Positions 62,362-64,000 of a stretch of DNA of 64,000 nt are shown here, in pieces; position 1 is the stretch's first letter, and the number at the start of each line of letters is the position of its first letter. Both the position numbers and the translations under genes were made by a program. The notes under the pieces are model-generated. The model did no database searches. It saw only the letters and a program-made list of their open reading frames with translations, and was not told where the DNA came from. Source of the stretch: a virus. The DNA lies in the IMG/VR virus record IMGVR_UViG_3300021379_000006, positions 53,830 through 117,829 of that record; one strand, written 5' to 3'.

Positions 62362-63459
62362 ATGACAAGAAGAGAGATTGTACAGTCTAAAGCATTAGAA
62401 GTTACAGAAAAGCATAACCGTTGTGGATTAGGTATCTCTATGGGTGTTGGTAAGACAAGAATTGCAATCCAACATTTTCAAAAGAATTATGATCCATTTA
62501 TAAAAGCTCTGGTTGTAATACCAAAACTATCTGTTAAAGAAGCCTGGCTTACAGAACTTGAAAAGATGGGTCTTGAACATTTACAACCACACTTTACCTT
62601 TACAACTTATTTATCTATCAACAAGCAAAATCCTATGGAGTATCAGCTTGTTTATTTAGATGAGTGTCACAGTTTACTAGAGAACCATGAAGCTTTCTTA
62701 TCTGCATATTCAGGTAAGATACTTGGTCTCACTGGTACACCACCAGTACGTAAGGGTACAGAAAAGTATAGGATGGTAGAAAAATACTGTCCTATTAAAT
62801 ATGAGTTCTCTGTAGATGATGCTACTGATAACAATATTTTAAATGATTATAAAATTATAGTTCACTACCTTCTTCTAGATAAGAGAATGACTTATAAGAA
62901 GAAGAATAAAAAAGGCGGTCATTGGTTTACATCAGAATACAAAGACTATCTTTATGTGGATAACAGAGTTAAAGAAGCTAATACAGCAAAGCAGAGACAA
63001 TTTGCTTCTATTATGCGGATGAGAGCTCTTATGGACTATACAAGCAAAGAGGCGTATGTCAAATCTATTCTATCCAACATTAGTTCTAAATGTATTGTAT
63101 TTGCAAACACCCAGGACCAAGCAGATAGAATCTGCAGACATTCCTATCATTCTAACAATCCTCAGTCTGAAGAAAACTTTCAGTTATTCAGTGATGGACG
63201 TATAGATCAGATGTCTTGTGTATTGCAGCTTAGTGAAGGTGTTACTATACCTAATCTAAAGCAGGGAATTATCATGCATGCGTATGGTAATGAGAGAAAG
63301 ACGGCACAACGTATTGGCCGTTTGTTAAGATTAAATCCAACAGAGACAGCTACTTGTCATGTACTATGTTATAAAGGTACACAAGATGAGTATTGGGTGC
63401 AAAAGGCTCTAAAGGGATTTGATCAGAGTAAGATTAAATATTATAACCCTTTAGAGTAA
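62362..63459 (+). CDS. Superfamily 2 DNA helicase
   Basis: MGVGKT, LDECH, GLTGT, LSEGVTIP, QRIGRLLR. Confidence 0.9.
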   Translation: MTRREIVQSKALEVTEKHNRCGLGISMGVGKTRIAIQHFQKNYDPFIKALVVIPKLSVKEAWLTELEKMGLEHLQPHFTFTTYLSINKQNPMEYQLVYLDECHSLLENHEAFLSAYSGKILGLTGTPPVRKGTEKYRMVEKYCPIKYEFSVDDATDNNILNDYKIIVHYLLLDKRMTYKKKNKKGGHWFTSEYKDYLYVDNRVKEANTAKQRQFASIMRMRALMDYTSKEAYVKSILSNISSKCIVFANTQDQADRICRHSYHSNNPQSEENFQLFSDGRIDQMSCVLQLSEGVTIPNLKQGIIMHAYGNERKTAQRIGRLLRLNPTETATCHVLCYKGTQDEYWVQKALKGFDQSKIKYYNPLE

Positions 63460-63674
63460 TGATGGGAAGAATGAAAGAGCTCTTTATAGAAGAGCAACAA
63501 AAAGAAAGTATGGATCTACAGAATATGTATGATGTATATCCTGTATACAAAACAAATGAACTGTGCCCTAATTGCACAGAGTCAACACTTATTCAAATGT
63601 CAAAGCATAACTATTCATGTGATAGATGTGCACAAGACTTTGTATTAGTAGAAGGAAGTTTAAGATTTAAATGA
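63459..63674 (+). CDS. Zn-ribbon protein
   Basis: CPNC...CDRC. Confidence 0.7.
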   Translation: MMGRMKELFIEEQQKESMDLQNMYDVYPVYKTNELCPNCTESTLIQMSKHNYSCDRCAQDFVLVEGSLRFK

Positions 63675-63814
63675 TGGATTGGATATTATTGTTAATGATT
63701 GCAGTAGCAGGAGGCTTGTCAACCTTTGGGATGATAAGCTTCCTACACTACATGCATGACAAGGAAGAAGTAAAAGATGAACAACCAAGTAATTGGGACA
63801 AAGATTTTTTATAA
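63671..63814 (+). CDS. 47-aa single-helix membrane peptide
   Basis: MMDWILLLMIAVAGGLSTFGMISFLHY...; ATGA coupling. Confidence 0.55.
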   Translation: MMDWILLLMIAVAGGLSTFGMISFLHYMHDKEEVKDEQPSNWDKDFL

Positions 63815-63822
63815 AATGTAGT

Positions 63823-63880
63823 AAAATAAGGGTAAAACCTGACGATATAGTACACAAAGTAAGGGTAAAGCCTGACAATA
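63823..63880. repeat. Two 25-bp imperfect direct repeats
   Basis: AAAATAAGGGTAAAACCTGACGATA and AAAGTAAGGGTAAAGCCTGACAATA. Confidence 0.7.
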
Positions 63881-63892
63881 AAAATAATCAAG

Positions 63893-64000
63893 ATGACAAA
63901 TAGAGAGATACTACTTGAAATGTACGAGAAACTTTGGAACGCTGACAAGGACAAGTGGGCTTGGAATGTGATACTGAAGGATACGCTTGAGAAATTAGAA
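63893..64000 (+). CDS. Start of a hypothetical protein (cut by window end)
   Basis: MTNREILLEMYEKLWNADKDKWAWNVILKDTLEKLE, open to the end. Confidence 0.6.
   Translation, partial: MTNREILLEMYEKLWNADKDKWAWNVILKDTLEKLE

Noticed and set aside
1-64000. Stop-codon reassignment (TAG/TGA), known in some crAss-like phages
   Set aside because: Genes are long and tightly packed in the standard code, TAG and TGA end genes normally, and no suppressor tRNA is present

Overview
A 64 kb AT-rich segment of a tailed dsDNA phage genome. Gene order and content match crAss-like podoviruses (Crassvirales-type; Bacteroidota/Flavobacteriia host inferred). Positions 1-55.5 kb are one minus-strand late region: endolysin, HU/IHF-like, nuclease, GroES, terminase, portal, scaffold, major capsid, ring/adaptor proteins, ferritin-like protein, tail fibres/lectin, metallophosphoesterase, muzzle, then very large cargo proteins (the last is cut by the window edge). 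At about 55.6 kb transcription switches to a plus-strand early/middle region with small genes, about 0.9 kb of structured non-coding sequence, an HTH protein, a putative SSB, an HNH nuclease, three tRNAs and an SF2 helicase. Standard genetic code fits; no CRISPR, intron, intein or DGR was seen. Main candidates for novelty: (1) two small structured RNAs whose exposed seeds complement motifs repeated in the 5' leaders of phage genes; (2) cargo polyproteins built of enzyme modules separated by a recurrent xxGG-x-LPKAQxG linker; (3) a long structured ncRNA region with a duplicated, covarying pseudoknot; (4) a frameshifted tail-fibre tip. All protein calls come from motif recognition and synteny, not database searches.
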